From positions 7,928 to 71,927 of the forward strand of contig FLMG01002043.1 of assembly GCA_900088475.1 (NCBI GenBank): a stretch of DNA of 64,000 nucleotides. The letters are read 5' to 3'. Positions 49,851-61,242 of the stretch are shown in pieces. The stretch comes from Hyphochytrium catenoides (taxonomy: Eukaryota; Protista; Hyphochytriomycota). The notes under the pieces are model-generated. The model was not told the DNA's origin and ran no database searches. It saw only the letters and a program-made list of their open reading frames with translations. The position numbers and the translations under genes are program-made. How positions within the stretch are numbered: the first letter of the stretch is position 1; each line of letters starts with the position of its first letter.

Positions 49851-52800
49851 TGCTCCTGGAATGTTGTGCTTGTTTTGTCCTCGGATTTTAGACTTCCTCC
49901 TAACCTGCTACCGCTTTTGCAAGTGGCTCACACTCTATTGATTGTTACAGCTATTATAATCTCTTCTAGGTTCTCCGGATGGGGCCGTTCGTACTGACGA
50001 AGATAGACGACTGAGATATATGGCGTTCTCTCTGGGAAGAGACTGGCCTCGATACACTTTATAATCCTCATTCTCCAACGACCTTGCCTTCTCCTGAACA
50101 AACAGACCAGGGAGCAGGAGAGGCGCGCAGCAGATGGAGCACGGGAAACTAGGTTCCGTCCAAAGACCGCAAGTCAGTGAGCCGCAATTCACAAAGCCAG
50201 CACTTCGTACACTCTTCCAATCAGGAAACTGCTGGCTCTTACCCTTCTTGCTGCATCCTTCGACTACGGCCCGCGTCATAATAACAGACGGTAGGTCATA
50301 AAGAGCCACACGCGAACCGGATCTTGACCAAATCCTGGTCAGGAGGATTCACCCCTGCTTGTTCGGACCGTGAAGCAGCAGCAGGAAACCGCAGCCATCC
50401 AAACCGCTTGTGGACAGACTCCCCTCCTGTCCCCTGCTTCTGTTCCATTATCGACTTGATCCTTCTTGCTCTGGCAAGAATCTCTTCTCTTCTGTCTTCT
50501 CTCTCATGAGCTTACCTTCTGGTAGGACATGAACTGAGGGAAATGAGCCGATTGATAGTAACAAGAGGGCGAGGGGCGTGCCACGTGAAGCGAACGAAAA
50601 GATAAGACAAAGATGATGCCGTCACGATCTCTATTCCGCTCTGTCTCTCTCCCACTGTGGCAAGTTTGGCCACCGCTCATATTTCGCTGGACTCTTTCTC
50701 TACTTGATGCCCGACCAATGGTTGGGCAGGCCATTCTTAGGTGGGTAGTAAGGGTGACAGCTTTATAACTATATGCCTTACTGTAGACCAACCCTGTGAT
50801 TATCGGTACCATGTGGACATTAGAGAGGAAGGAGCCCGATTATTGCCAATGGGTAACGGACCAATCTAAGGTGCACTTGCCTACCTTTTGATTATGCTCC
50901 TTCTCTAAAATATGTGCCGTCTCTCCCTTCGTCCGTCCCCCTTCCCCTCCTCACTTCTGCTCTGCTGCTCTAGCTCGGCTCCCTTAGGTCACTCCAGCTA
51001 TTGTACCGACCCACCCTCCTCCTTCTGCTTGCTGCTGCTTTATCTTTTAGAAGGACAAATGCCGGACATTTTACCTCTTCGTTCTCTTCTCAAGCCTCTT
51101 CGTAGAAGAATCTCCATCCGTCGCTTGTTTTTCTTCGTTTCCCCGTCGTTCCAATAAGACAACGTCATCATTGATCATTGATGAACGATCTTCCACCAGA
51201 AGCTAGGCAACCTTGATCGCTACTACTACTTCTACCACTATCTACCACTTATTGCGCACTACCACCGCTTCGCTACTTACATACCATCAACCTCGTGGTC
51301 AAGACAAATTACTCCTACCAGTAGTAGGTAGACGACGAGGCAGAAACGGCCTACACTATCGTGGAAGAGAATGAGGAAGAAGCAATAGTCGTAGAAGAGC
51401 AGCAGAGGTGGTTTACTATCCAGAAGGGAGCAGCAGCAGCATCTAGAGCGAGCAGCCTGAGATAGGGAAAACAACTGCTACTGAACACCAAGAAGAGAGA
51501 GAACAAGAATAAGAATAAGAAGAGGAGCAGCAAGAAGTGCTCCAAGAAGAACAGAAGAGCTTTGCTTTCTGCATATAATTCTTACTGCTTGTTTCGTCGG
51601 TTATTCCACGTTTGGTTTCCGTCAACGCTAATCTAATAAAAGACACTAGGGGAGAAGAGAAGGATGCATAGTGACAAAGAAGAGAGGAGAAGGATCCGTA
51701 CAGAAGAGTAGGAAGAGAAGTGAAGGCTGGTCCTTACGAAGGAAGCGGCAAGCTGCCTCTCCAAGGATACATTTAAACCTTCTGCAACAATGCTAACGCC
51801 ACCTTCTCCACGAATCGTATTCACTTCTCTTTCTCCAAGTCTGTACGGTACGCATCCTTCTTTCCTCTTCTCTTCTCTGTACGCATCCTTCTCCTCTTCC
51901 CTCCTAACGTTTCTTATTCGACCAGTGGTCACTTTTTTTTCTTCTATACGCCTCGTTTTCGTCGTCTCTTGTTCTCTTCTCGCATTCCGTCAGCATTCAC
52001 TATAGGGTTATTTTTCTCCTGCTAGTTCTCCTGCGGCATTTGGTTATGATGCTATAAAGTAGTAGGAAACAGATCATTGATGAAAGTAGCAAAGAAGAGA
52101 GAGAGAGGGAGGAACAAGAAAGAGGTGGGATTACTATATACAAGGGACGAGATGATGAGGGGAAAGGAAGTTAAAAAGCACCGCAAGGTATCATGGTCCC
52201 CGAATAGAGACAGTTCAATCGATCGCCTAGCGCGACTGTTCAGCTCCCCTGCATCTGTAGAACTTCAAAAACATTGATGTGAGGACGGTAGAAACACCGA
52301 CAAATCGTTCTTCTGTTAACCTGCATCGAGAGCCAGCCTGGAGCGGATGTCTCCTATAGGTGCTGCTGCTGACCTCTGGTCAAAGTGCACTGTCTTCGGC
52401 TTCACATACTTTATTATGGCCACTCATTAGGAGCAGGCTTGTTCTTCTAAAGCTGCCTGAGTAGCCAGGGCTCAGCCCGTCATCGGAAGGACGCTGGGCA
52501 AAGCCGCCTATCATATAGGAAGACTGCTAATTGGATCACCGCAGTGTCCAGTACATGTAGTAGATGTACTAAAAATGGATCAGAGATTGAATGTCTCAGC
52601 TCCAGTTGCCAGAAAGTCTTTTTGTCTTTCTTCTCACAGTTTGCCCTGGTGGTCTGCTCTCCCTCTCTCTCCTTCTTTCTGTATGTGTCCGTCTCTCTCT
52701 CTATTTGTCTTGCTCTCTCTCTCTACTCCCTCTCTTCTATAAGCACGAGCGAAGGAGCATGCGCGACTACAGCGATCGAGAAGGAGAGAGACAATCACAG

Positions 52801-53979
52801 TTGAAGTGAGAGGCAGCGGAGGCGTAGTTGCACAGGCCGGTAGTTTTAGTTGGCTAATAAATCAATCAGCCTGAGGTTGTGCATCTATCCTCTTCGCGTT
52901 TACCGGTGTAGTGGGCCTCTGACCTTAACAGCGTTGGGCAAGGACAAGCAACGAGAGGAGGTCCTTCCATCGACAAATGACGTACTTGAAGTCCTCTCAT
53001 ACTCCAGAGTGCTGCCTTGACCATTCACCCGCGTGACGAGACAGCGCGGTTATGAGGCTCAGACAGGCATCCAGGAGTAGAAGAGCTGGTCTTAGCGAGT
53101 TTGAAGCATGGTGGAGCCACCAACGTTCTTCGATAATAAGAAAGAGGGGAGGGGGGAGAATGAGGGCGGTTGAGAAGAAGAAGGGGCATTGCCGCACGAA
53201 CAACGGTCACCAATCTGCCGTGCCACCACGACCGACCCCCTCTTCGGATTCTGATGCGGTTTGGCTGCTGGCTGACATGCCTGGGAAGGGAGCCTCTTCC
53301 TACTACATCTAGCCCCAAACAGAGCGAGAAGACAGGGCAAGGAAAGAAAGAAAAAAAAGTGATGAGGCAACCTTCTCCTGTATCAATAATCGATAGTTAT
53401 TATCATCATCAGAATAGAACTTATTTAGTCTTTGAGGGGAAGCAATCTTCGGAATGAAACGATGCTTCCTGCTGGATGAGCTGCGAATTAATTTTTTCGA
53501 GCTGTGTACACAATGAAGAAGAAGGAATCCAGCCCATCTTTTCCTCCCACTCAAGCTTCTCGTTCAATACTATTCTTCTTCTAGAAGGCCACCTTTCTAC
53601 CTCATCTTCAACCTGCTTGTCTACTGTCCCATTGCGTGCCTACCAACCGTCATTGTGACTCACACATTGCGTTCAGTCGGTTCTTCCGTCTTCTTCCTTC
53701 GTGCTGAGATCCAGGCAGCTTCATGTCCGCCTCGTGTTATCCCTCTTCTTCTCCTCCTCGTCCCTGACGACGACTAAATGACGCCAGCACTCTCTCCTTT
53801 CCTGTATGGTCTTTCTTTCAGGCCTATAACGGGTGGTGGTTACCGTGGTCATCAACGCAAGATCTTGACGGACGGCGAGGAAAGCGTTATTATCGACCAG
53901 CAACGGCTCAGCTCAATAGGAGAAATATAAGTAGACGGGAAGTATCATTGCTCAACTTGTCGGAAGCAGTTACGTATAG

Positions 53980-54100
53980 CTTTTCTTCCCTTTTCTCTTC
54001 TTCCTCTTCCTCTTCTTCAGCGTTTTCTTCTTCTCCTTCTTCTTCTCCTCCTTCTTCTCCTCCTCCTCCTCCTTCTTCTTCTTCTTCTTTTACTTCTTAG
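53980..54100. repeat. (CTT)/(CCT) trinucleotide microsatellite
   Basis: Directly visible. Confidence 0.9.
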
Positions 54101-55139
54101 TGCAGTAGCTACCAGTAAAAATTGTTTTTATAAAATCTATTTAGTAGTAGTACGGAGTAGTAGCTACTCATCCCACAACTAGTTTTTGGGTAATAAATGC
54201 CATACCAACTGGCAAAAGTTTTACTTCTTTTACTTCTTCTTCTTAGTTAATCGTTATTAGTAGAAGATGTAGAAACCTTTATTTTCTATATAATAAAACA
54301 ATAATAGTCAAAACAGTACAGTTGTAGGGAAAAAAGGAGAACAAGAAGAAGAAGAAGAGAGGAAGGAAAAAGAGGAGGAGGAGGAGGAGAAGAGACAAGA
54401 GCCACAAAGTCTTGGTCTCTTCAACTCGCCCATCGTTATCAATAAAACAATGATGAATGATCCCTGATGAATGGATAAGTACAAGGCGGAGAAGGAGGCG
54501 AACAAGAAGAAGCCACTTTTGCTTCCTTCATCGTTCATGCCCGAGGAATTTTTTTAACGGCCAGACAGCTTCGAAGACCAGGAAATGCTGTCTATTTTTA
54601 TTAGTTGATAAACCCATACTTGTCACTGCAATTAACCCCGTCGAGTGCCTATGATGGCCTAACTGAAGTTACGCGGTAGAGGGCTTTTACGTGACACACG
54701 GGAACCGTTGCAACAAATAAAAAAGGACTTGCTACACACACCGTTCAAGCAGCTCCGCACATTCGGTTCTCGCTGCTCTGGCTTTCTTCTTTCTTCCTCG
54801 CGCGCCCTTTACAGGAGATCTCACTGTCTTTTCTGATCTCTCCCCTCCCTCTGTCTTTCTCTATTTCCTTTATTATCGTGGATGATGCTGATGCTTCCGC
54901 TTCCACAGTACCAACTCTCCCTTTCTAGCTCCGGCTCTCTCTCTTTCTCCATTATTATTGGGAAGTTCCTCTTCCTGAGACTATTGAGGGAAAGTTATAC
55001 TCCGTATGACGAGAAAGAGCAAAAAGAATTGAATCAGAGAAGTAGAGCGTCCCGCCATAGAGAGTGAGAGAGAGATAAATCGTGAAAGGAAGAGAACGTG
55101 GAACGACGAGCGTCACTAGACAGGCTAGTGAAAAGCGAG

Positions 55140-55387
55140 GGCAGAAGAAAGACATAAGATGGAAGACAGAGAGAGAGTTTTAGAACTACAGAGAACACGA
55201 GAAGAGAGAGAGAAAGCCCGACGAGGGGAGCAGAGAGAGAAGAGACGGGATAGAAGAGGAAGGGGGGATCAACAGAACGAAAAAGAGGGAGGTAGGGAGA
55301 GAAAGAGCAGAGAGGGAGAGAGAAAGAGAGCGTCAGAGAGAGAGAGAGAGAGAGACGAGCAAAGAGAGGGTGAGAGAGGGCGACGAG

Positions 55388-55419
<32 letters not shown>

Positions 55420-55440
55420 AATTGAAGAAAAGAAAAGAGC
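55140..55440. repeat. GA-rich polypurine tract with compound (TA)n(GA)n microsatellite
   Basis: Directly visible. Confidence 0.9.
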
Positions 55441-56520
55441 TACTTCAGAACCGGCTGCCTTTTCTCAATAGCAGCAGAAAATGAGTTGCAGGAGACGAAG
55501 AGAAGGGCGTGTCCTAGAACAACGTAAAAAGAAGCGAGAATAAGGAAGGAGAGAACCAGAGAGAAAGAAAAGAGGGGAGAGAGAGAGAGGAAGGAAAGGG
55601 AGAGAGACAGGGAGAGGCGCAGAGGGAAGAACGTACACAGGAAACGACCATTCGCACGAAAGAGAAAAGAACTGCACTTTCTTTCTAAGGAATATCTCTT
55701 CTCTGAGGAGGACGCTGTAATAAGAAACACAGAAACTCCTTCTTTTTGATGTTTCGTCAGTTTCTGTACCATTTGCCGAGTTTTTCTCTCTCGCGCGCGC
55801 GCACGCTTCCCACCACCACCCCGCTCTCGCCTGCATCTCTTCGTTCTTGTTCTCCTCCTGCACTCCTCGCCCTCTCTCCCACATCCCTAGGGGATCTTTC
55901 TCTCTCTCTCTCTTGTTGTCTTCTCTTCTGTTTATCTTTGGTCTCTTCCAGGAGATCCTGACAAGAAAGGACCCAAAAAGAGGCGCGTGGTGGGCGATAG
56001 AACTCTATTCTTGCGCTTTCTTCGTTTTCTTGGCGAGGAAGAACATCTTCTTTTGCCTTCTTTTTTATTTGATAAAGTCTGGGGAAGCTGCTGGGGAAAG
56101 AGAGAGAGAGGAGAGAGAGGGAGAGGGAGAGGGAGAAAGAAAAGAGAGACAAGAGAAACAACCAGAAGACAAATAAATGTCAAAAGAAGAGCCTTCTTCT
56201 TCTCTTCTTTTCTGCCTCCATTCCGAAAGATTGATGGAGGCGATATAACCTCCTCCTCCAGAGGACACGTTAAGCAATATGGAGAGGGATAGCCTGGAAT
56301 GTTGGAAGAGAGAAAAGAGAGAAGAGAGAAGAGAGGAGAGACACATTGGAAGAGCAAGAGCCATCGTCGCCAACGCAGGCAGACACCTCCCCATAGCCAT
56401 TCTCACTCATTCTCAAACTTCCCAGGCCAAGCCCGCCACCCACCACTACCAAGACCCAAGGAAAACTCTCTCTTTCTAGCGTCCACCACACAGCAAGTCA
56501 ACCCTCACACACCAGCAAAA

Positions 56521-57144
56521 ATGAAGATCATTTCCTCTGCCACCGCTCTTCTCGTTTGCTGCACTGCCCTTTTCAGCGCCACCACCGTCGCAGGCGAGAC
56601 CAACCTCCGAGGCGCCGCTCAAGGGCAGAAGAGAGCGCTCTTTCTTTTCGGCACCACATCGGCCACTACTGCTTCTGCTGGCGCTAGCGCTGTAAGCACC
56701 AATGGACCTGCCTCTGCTTCCAGCACCGCCGTCGCAGGATCTGGGGGAGGGATGGCGACATCTAATGGCGTTGCTGTCAATAACCCGCGGTCGGGCCTTC
56801 TCTCTGGCGGGGTGGGCGTCGGGTCTGTCAACACTTATGCCAATGTCCAAAGCTCAAAGGGTTCTCTTCTGGGAGGCACACAATTCAATAGCGCGTCTAG
56901 CATTGGAAGCTCCGGGTCTGTGAAGGTTGAGCCTTCTCTTTTTGGGAGGGCTTTTGGTCAGGCACCTTACAGCAACAACTGGGCCAAGGTGGACAACAGA
57001 GCGTCTACTTTCCAGACACCAGGACTCTTTGGAGGGCTCGGCCTCGACAATGTTGGTGCTAGCAGACCAGCTCAGGCCACCGGCAGCCACCAGGTTAGCC
57101 CGGACGGCACATTCATCACTGGCTCCTCTTCGGCACTGATCTAA
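56521..57144 (+). CDS. Secreted Gly/Ser/Ala-rich protein (207 aa) with NLRG...KRAL pro-segment
   Basis: ATG at 56521 follows GCAAAA. A clear signal peptide (MKIISSATALLVCCTALFSATTVAG) is followed by ETNLRGAAQGQKRAL. The ORF is a GC-rich coding-like island amid low-complexity DNA. Confidence 0.8.
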   Translation: MKIISSATALLVCCTALFSATTVAGETNLRGAAQGQKRALFLFGTTSATTASAGASAVSTNGPASASSTAVAGSGGGMATSNGVAVNNPRSGLLSGGVGVGSVNTYANVQSSKGSLLGGTQFNSASSIGSSGSVKVEPSLFGRAFGQAPYSNNWAKVDNRASTFQTPGLFGGLGLDNVGASRPAQATGSHQVSPDGTFITGSSSALI

Positions 57145-57299
57145 CTTCATTATAAGGGAAACAGATTGGTGATATGGGAGAGAAAGAGAGAGAGAACACA
57201 CTTTCTTCTTTCTTTCTCTTTTTCCTCTCCTTTCCACTTTTTGCTTTCTTTACGCGCTTTTTGCCGCTTATTACGTGCCCGAAGCATCATCCTCTTAAG

Positions 57300-58290
57300 T
57301 TATTCTTCCATCTGAACAAAGTAATATAGTTCTCCATAAAGTTTCCCCTCTGAGAGTAATGTGCAAAAAAAAAAGAACTCTTCTTTCTCTGATAACGATC
57401 GTGGAGGTGGTGAGGGTGTTGAAGGGTCAAAGTCTTCGTATTGTTTGTCTCGTCTTCTTTCTCTGCTATCTCTTCTTAGTCTTTATCGTGGTAATAGAAT
57501 TTGTCCTACCAACCTTCCCTCTTCCTTTAAAGGCTGGGCTGCCGTTTGTCCCGCTAGTTTGGGAGTCGTTTGGAGGTGCTATGCCTGTGTCCTTAAAGGT
57601 GTGCAACAACTTTTTCGAGAAGCTTCAGCGTGACCGCTCTGTTCTTGACGCTTCTCGGCATCCTGTTCGTGACGCTTCTCGGCATCTTGCTGGTCATTGA
57701 TTTTGGATGGCAAAGGCACTAACTCTCCATACCAGAGTCTCCTTTGCTATTCACGAAGAGAATGCGCTTCAGATTCTGAAGCGAGTTCTTCCTCAGCAGT
57801 TGGACCCTGCTCTGGGGTCTCTGGTTGACGCCGATGGTGATGGTCTTGGTGCAACTTCTCTTTTTCTTCCTCCTCCTTTTGTTAACGCGGAGGGAGTTCA
57901 AGTATGACTCTTCCTTCTCTGATGATGATGGTGGAGGAGGTGATCGAGTTGACGAGACGAAATCTTCGTAGCTCTGTATCTCTTCTCTTTTTTCTTCTCT
58001 TATCCCTTCTTCTACTAAGAGAAGCAAGAGATGAAGAAAGAAGAAGAAGAAGCAAGAGGAAGAAGAAAAGAAACCAGGAAAGCTATGACGCCTTGGTCTC
58101 ATCCTCCTCAACCTGATCTCCTCCACACTCATTATCAGTGAGGGAAGAATCATAATTGATCTCCTCAGTGATAATAAGGGGAGAAGGAGGAGGAGGGGGA
58201 GGTGAACCATCGACCACAATGTCATCATTTTCATTAACAAAACAACACGATGGAAAGACAAACCTAGCACATCAAGAAAGAACCAAGAGA
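57300..58290 (-). pseudogene. Pseudogene of a low-complexity acidic protein with internal repeats
   Basis: A 195-codon frame (57884-57300) is broken only by TAA/TAG. It carries a 24-bp in-frame tandem repeat (57639-57686; QDAEKRHE/QDAEKRQE). Two copies of YEDF...SPPP.S.SEKEE (~57380-57440 and ~57908-57970) differ at many synonymous sites. Confidence 0.5.
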
Positions 58291-58559
58291 TCAAGGAATC
58301 GTTATTTCCTGAGTGATGTGGTCTGTTTTATGACAGCGACAAGAAGAGGAATTACTATTCTTTATTCTTTATCTCCATGGTATAATAGGCACTGGAAGTC
58401 ACCAAAAAGAGAGAAGAAGCCCTTCTTATGAGCTAATAAGGGCGAAAGTCTATTCTATGTACTTAGCAAAACCTATGGGAGGACAGATAAGAACTGCCAA
58501 AGAAGAGACAGGATGGTCCTCCACTTCTTCCCCGGTACCTCGCTCATTCGCTCCCCATC

Positions 58560-58682
58560 CTTCTTGTCTCTCGCTCTCCCTCTGTTTTTCTCTTCTCTCC
58601 ATCTGTTTCCCCCTCTGTTCCTTTCTCTGTTTTTCTTTTCTCTCTCTCGTCTCTCTGTCTCTCTATGTCTCGCTCGCCCTGT

Positions 58683-58715
<33 letters not shown>

Positions 58716-58860
58716 NNNNNNNNNNNNNNNNNNNNNNNNNNNNNNNNNNCTCTCTCTCTCTCTCTCTCTTTCTTTCTCTTTCTCTCTCTCCCTCTCTCTC
58801 TTTCCCCTCTTTCTCTCTCTCTCTCTTTCTCTTTCTCTCTTCTCTTCTCCTTCCCTGTTA
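58560..58860. repeat. (CT)n microsatellite surrounding a 34-N gap (58716-58749)
   Basis: Directly visible. Confidence 0.95.
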
Positions 58861-61242
58861 TTAGTTGTGATAAAGTTGTTTTTATCGGCTTTTTCTTACG
58901 GCTCCTCCGTCTTCTGCCTCTCTTCCTTCATCTACCTGAATTTATCTAGAACGCAGGCAGGAGCAGCCCACGAAAGAAGAAGGCACAAAACGACAAAAGA
59001 GGGAGGACCAAGCACTCCTCTCATTCAGTTCTGGGTCCCATTTGCGCTCTGTCTCTCGGCAGACCTTGCGAGCAGTCAACGTGGTCGGCTCAGAACTCTA
59101 GGAATTGGCACTATAAAAGGGGAAACATAGCCTCCCGGAACATCTTCTCTCTTCATCCACACAGTTGCTGGTGCGGTACCCTCCCGACACGCGCGCCGCA
59201 GAGCGTCGTGGCGCCTCAGAGAAGTATGAGGCCTTCCGGCCCCTAGACCGTGACTCCTCCCTCGTGGCATTTTATGGCGATAGGAAGTGAAAAGGGAGCG
59301 CTCCTCGTCTGGGTGGTGTCACAGTGCGGAAGTCTGTCCTTCAAGCCTCCTTCTTCTCGACTAATATCATGCTAGAGCGGACCTCAATGAGATTGTTAGG
59401 CCTAGGTTGTTGAGACCTAGCAGCAGCCTGTTACTTATTAGGATGTTATGCAGAAGAAGAAGCACAACCAAGCCATGTGTCAACTATTTATTGAGAAGGA
59501 CACAGCAACCAGGTTCGCAGCTCTAGAGAAATGCAATGATCTCTGTATGATCACCATCATAGAGACTCCAGCCGAGCTATCCAGTTCGATTCAAGAACCC
59601 ATTGCTCAGTGGAGGTGGTCCTCTGTGACGTCTCACATCTTGCACGAGCACTATCCAGTAGTCTATAACTAATCTTCAAGCTGTATATTTGACAGAAAGG
59701 TAGAGAAGAAACGCCTGGACCCTGAGCTCCGAGACGAGGTTGTTCAAGAGACCTCAACCATCATCGAGTTGGACATAGAAAAATGCCAAAAAGTTCCATA
59801 ATCGTTTAGCGACACTAAGAACAGCCAGAGGAGCGCCTGTGTGTTCAGAGGAAGAGAGAGTGAACGGGCTTAGCTAAGAAGTAATCTCCCTTTCGGCTGG
59901 CTAGTAAAGCCTGAGCTTCGATGCCAAAAAAGCCATGCTGGGGAAGACTTCTGCAGCTGATCATTGGCTATAATCCTCTTATGTGGAAAACAGTGACTGC
60001 ATATCCTGTTAGTAAGAAGGACAACAGTCGGCTCGGAATCGGGAGAGGAGAGTAAGAGAGGAGGAGAACGATAGTTTTATCGAGGATCAAGAGAAGAGTA
60101 AAAGAAGAAGAGGAGATCATAGAACGAATTTCAGATGTTGATCAATGAGTGGCATCCTTTCCTTCATTAGTGAAAAGGTTGACTCAGGCCCCGTGTCGTC
60201 GGTTCCTCGGTAAGGCACAGAAAGCTGATGATCTCCGATTGTTCCTTCTTCCTTCTTCTTCTTAAACCTCGTTGTTCGTCGTCCGAATGACTCTCTCTGT
60301 CCTGTGTCAGCCCTCATTACTCCTAATTTCCCTCGTTTATTCTCCCTCCTTCACCCTTCCACCACGCCTCTCTCTTTCTCGACTTCCTTCTAGTTAACCC
60401 CGCCTCCTCCCCTCCCTTCTGCTGCTGGCAGTTTCCACCAAGTTTGCCTTTCTCTCCATCATGGTTGGCTGAAGAAGGAAGCCTTCGTTCCAGCTACCTC
60501 TTCTTCATCGTCTTTCTTTCTTCTTTTCTCTTTTTTCTTTCCCTCCCTCTAATTGCGAGACTTGCTTTCCTTCGTCCTCTTGTTGGCTTGCGCAGTATTA
60601 TTAGTAGGAGTAGGTGAACCCTCGATACTTACTGAATAACAGCATCCCTTCTCACCGCCTTCTCTCTCTCTCTTCTTCTACAGAGTTTCGTTGCTCTGAA
60701 TGTCTCTCTTTCCCTCATTTCTATCTTCTTCTCCTCACTCAGCAAACGAGACCAAGCGCTGAGCGGTGGGGCCCTTAGATTTGTCTTTTCCTTTGGCTTG
60801 CCGGGCCTCGGACAGTTGTTCTAAGCGGTTAATTTAGTGAATGCATACATGAGAAGAGGCTTCTAATCGACCAGGGGAATCTGCCTGTGATACTGGAGAG
60901 AGAAACAAACAAGTGGAAAGATAGTAGAACGACAAGCCTTTCTTGACTGCGACAGAGGTAAAGAGCGAAGAAGGGCAAGAGAAAGAAAAGCATCCATACT
61001 GTGAGGCACCGCGCACTCAGCAGAGAAGAGGCGGGTATCTGTCCTTGCTTAGTTATTAAAGTCGAAATCTATCTGGCAGTCCGGGGCGCTGTTCCCCCAT
61101 ACACCTGCTAGTCGGTGGTGGGTCCTTATCTTATGGAGTCAGTAGTAGTAGTAGAGATGGGAAAAAAGTCTACTAGCTTTCCACTATTTCTCTCTCTCCA
61201 TATATATCTATATATATATAAATATTCTCATGTCCGTACCAT

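Noticed and set aside
50800-56500. Many short ORFs rich in S/L/F or R/E/K
   Set aside because: Artefacts of CT/GA low-complexity sequence.
57300-59960. Alternative genetic code (TAA/TAG = Gln), suggested by frames broken only by TAR
   Set aside because: Long Gln-containing exons (838, 603 and 555 aa) have no in-frame TAR, and real genes end in TAA, so the code is standard.
59391-59960. 189-codon + frame with 7 TAR stops and no TGA
   Set aside because: The stop density is close to random expectation and there is no recognisable domain; not called as a feature.
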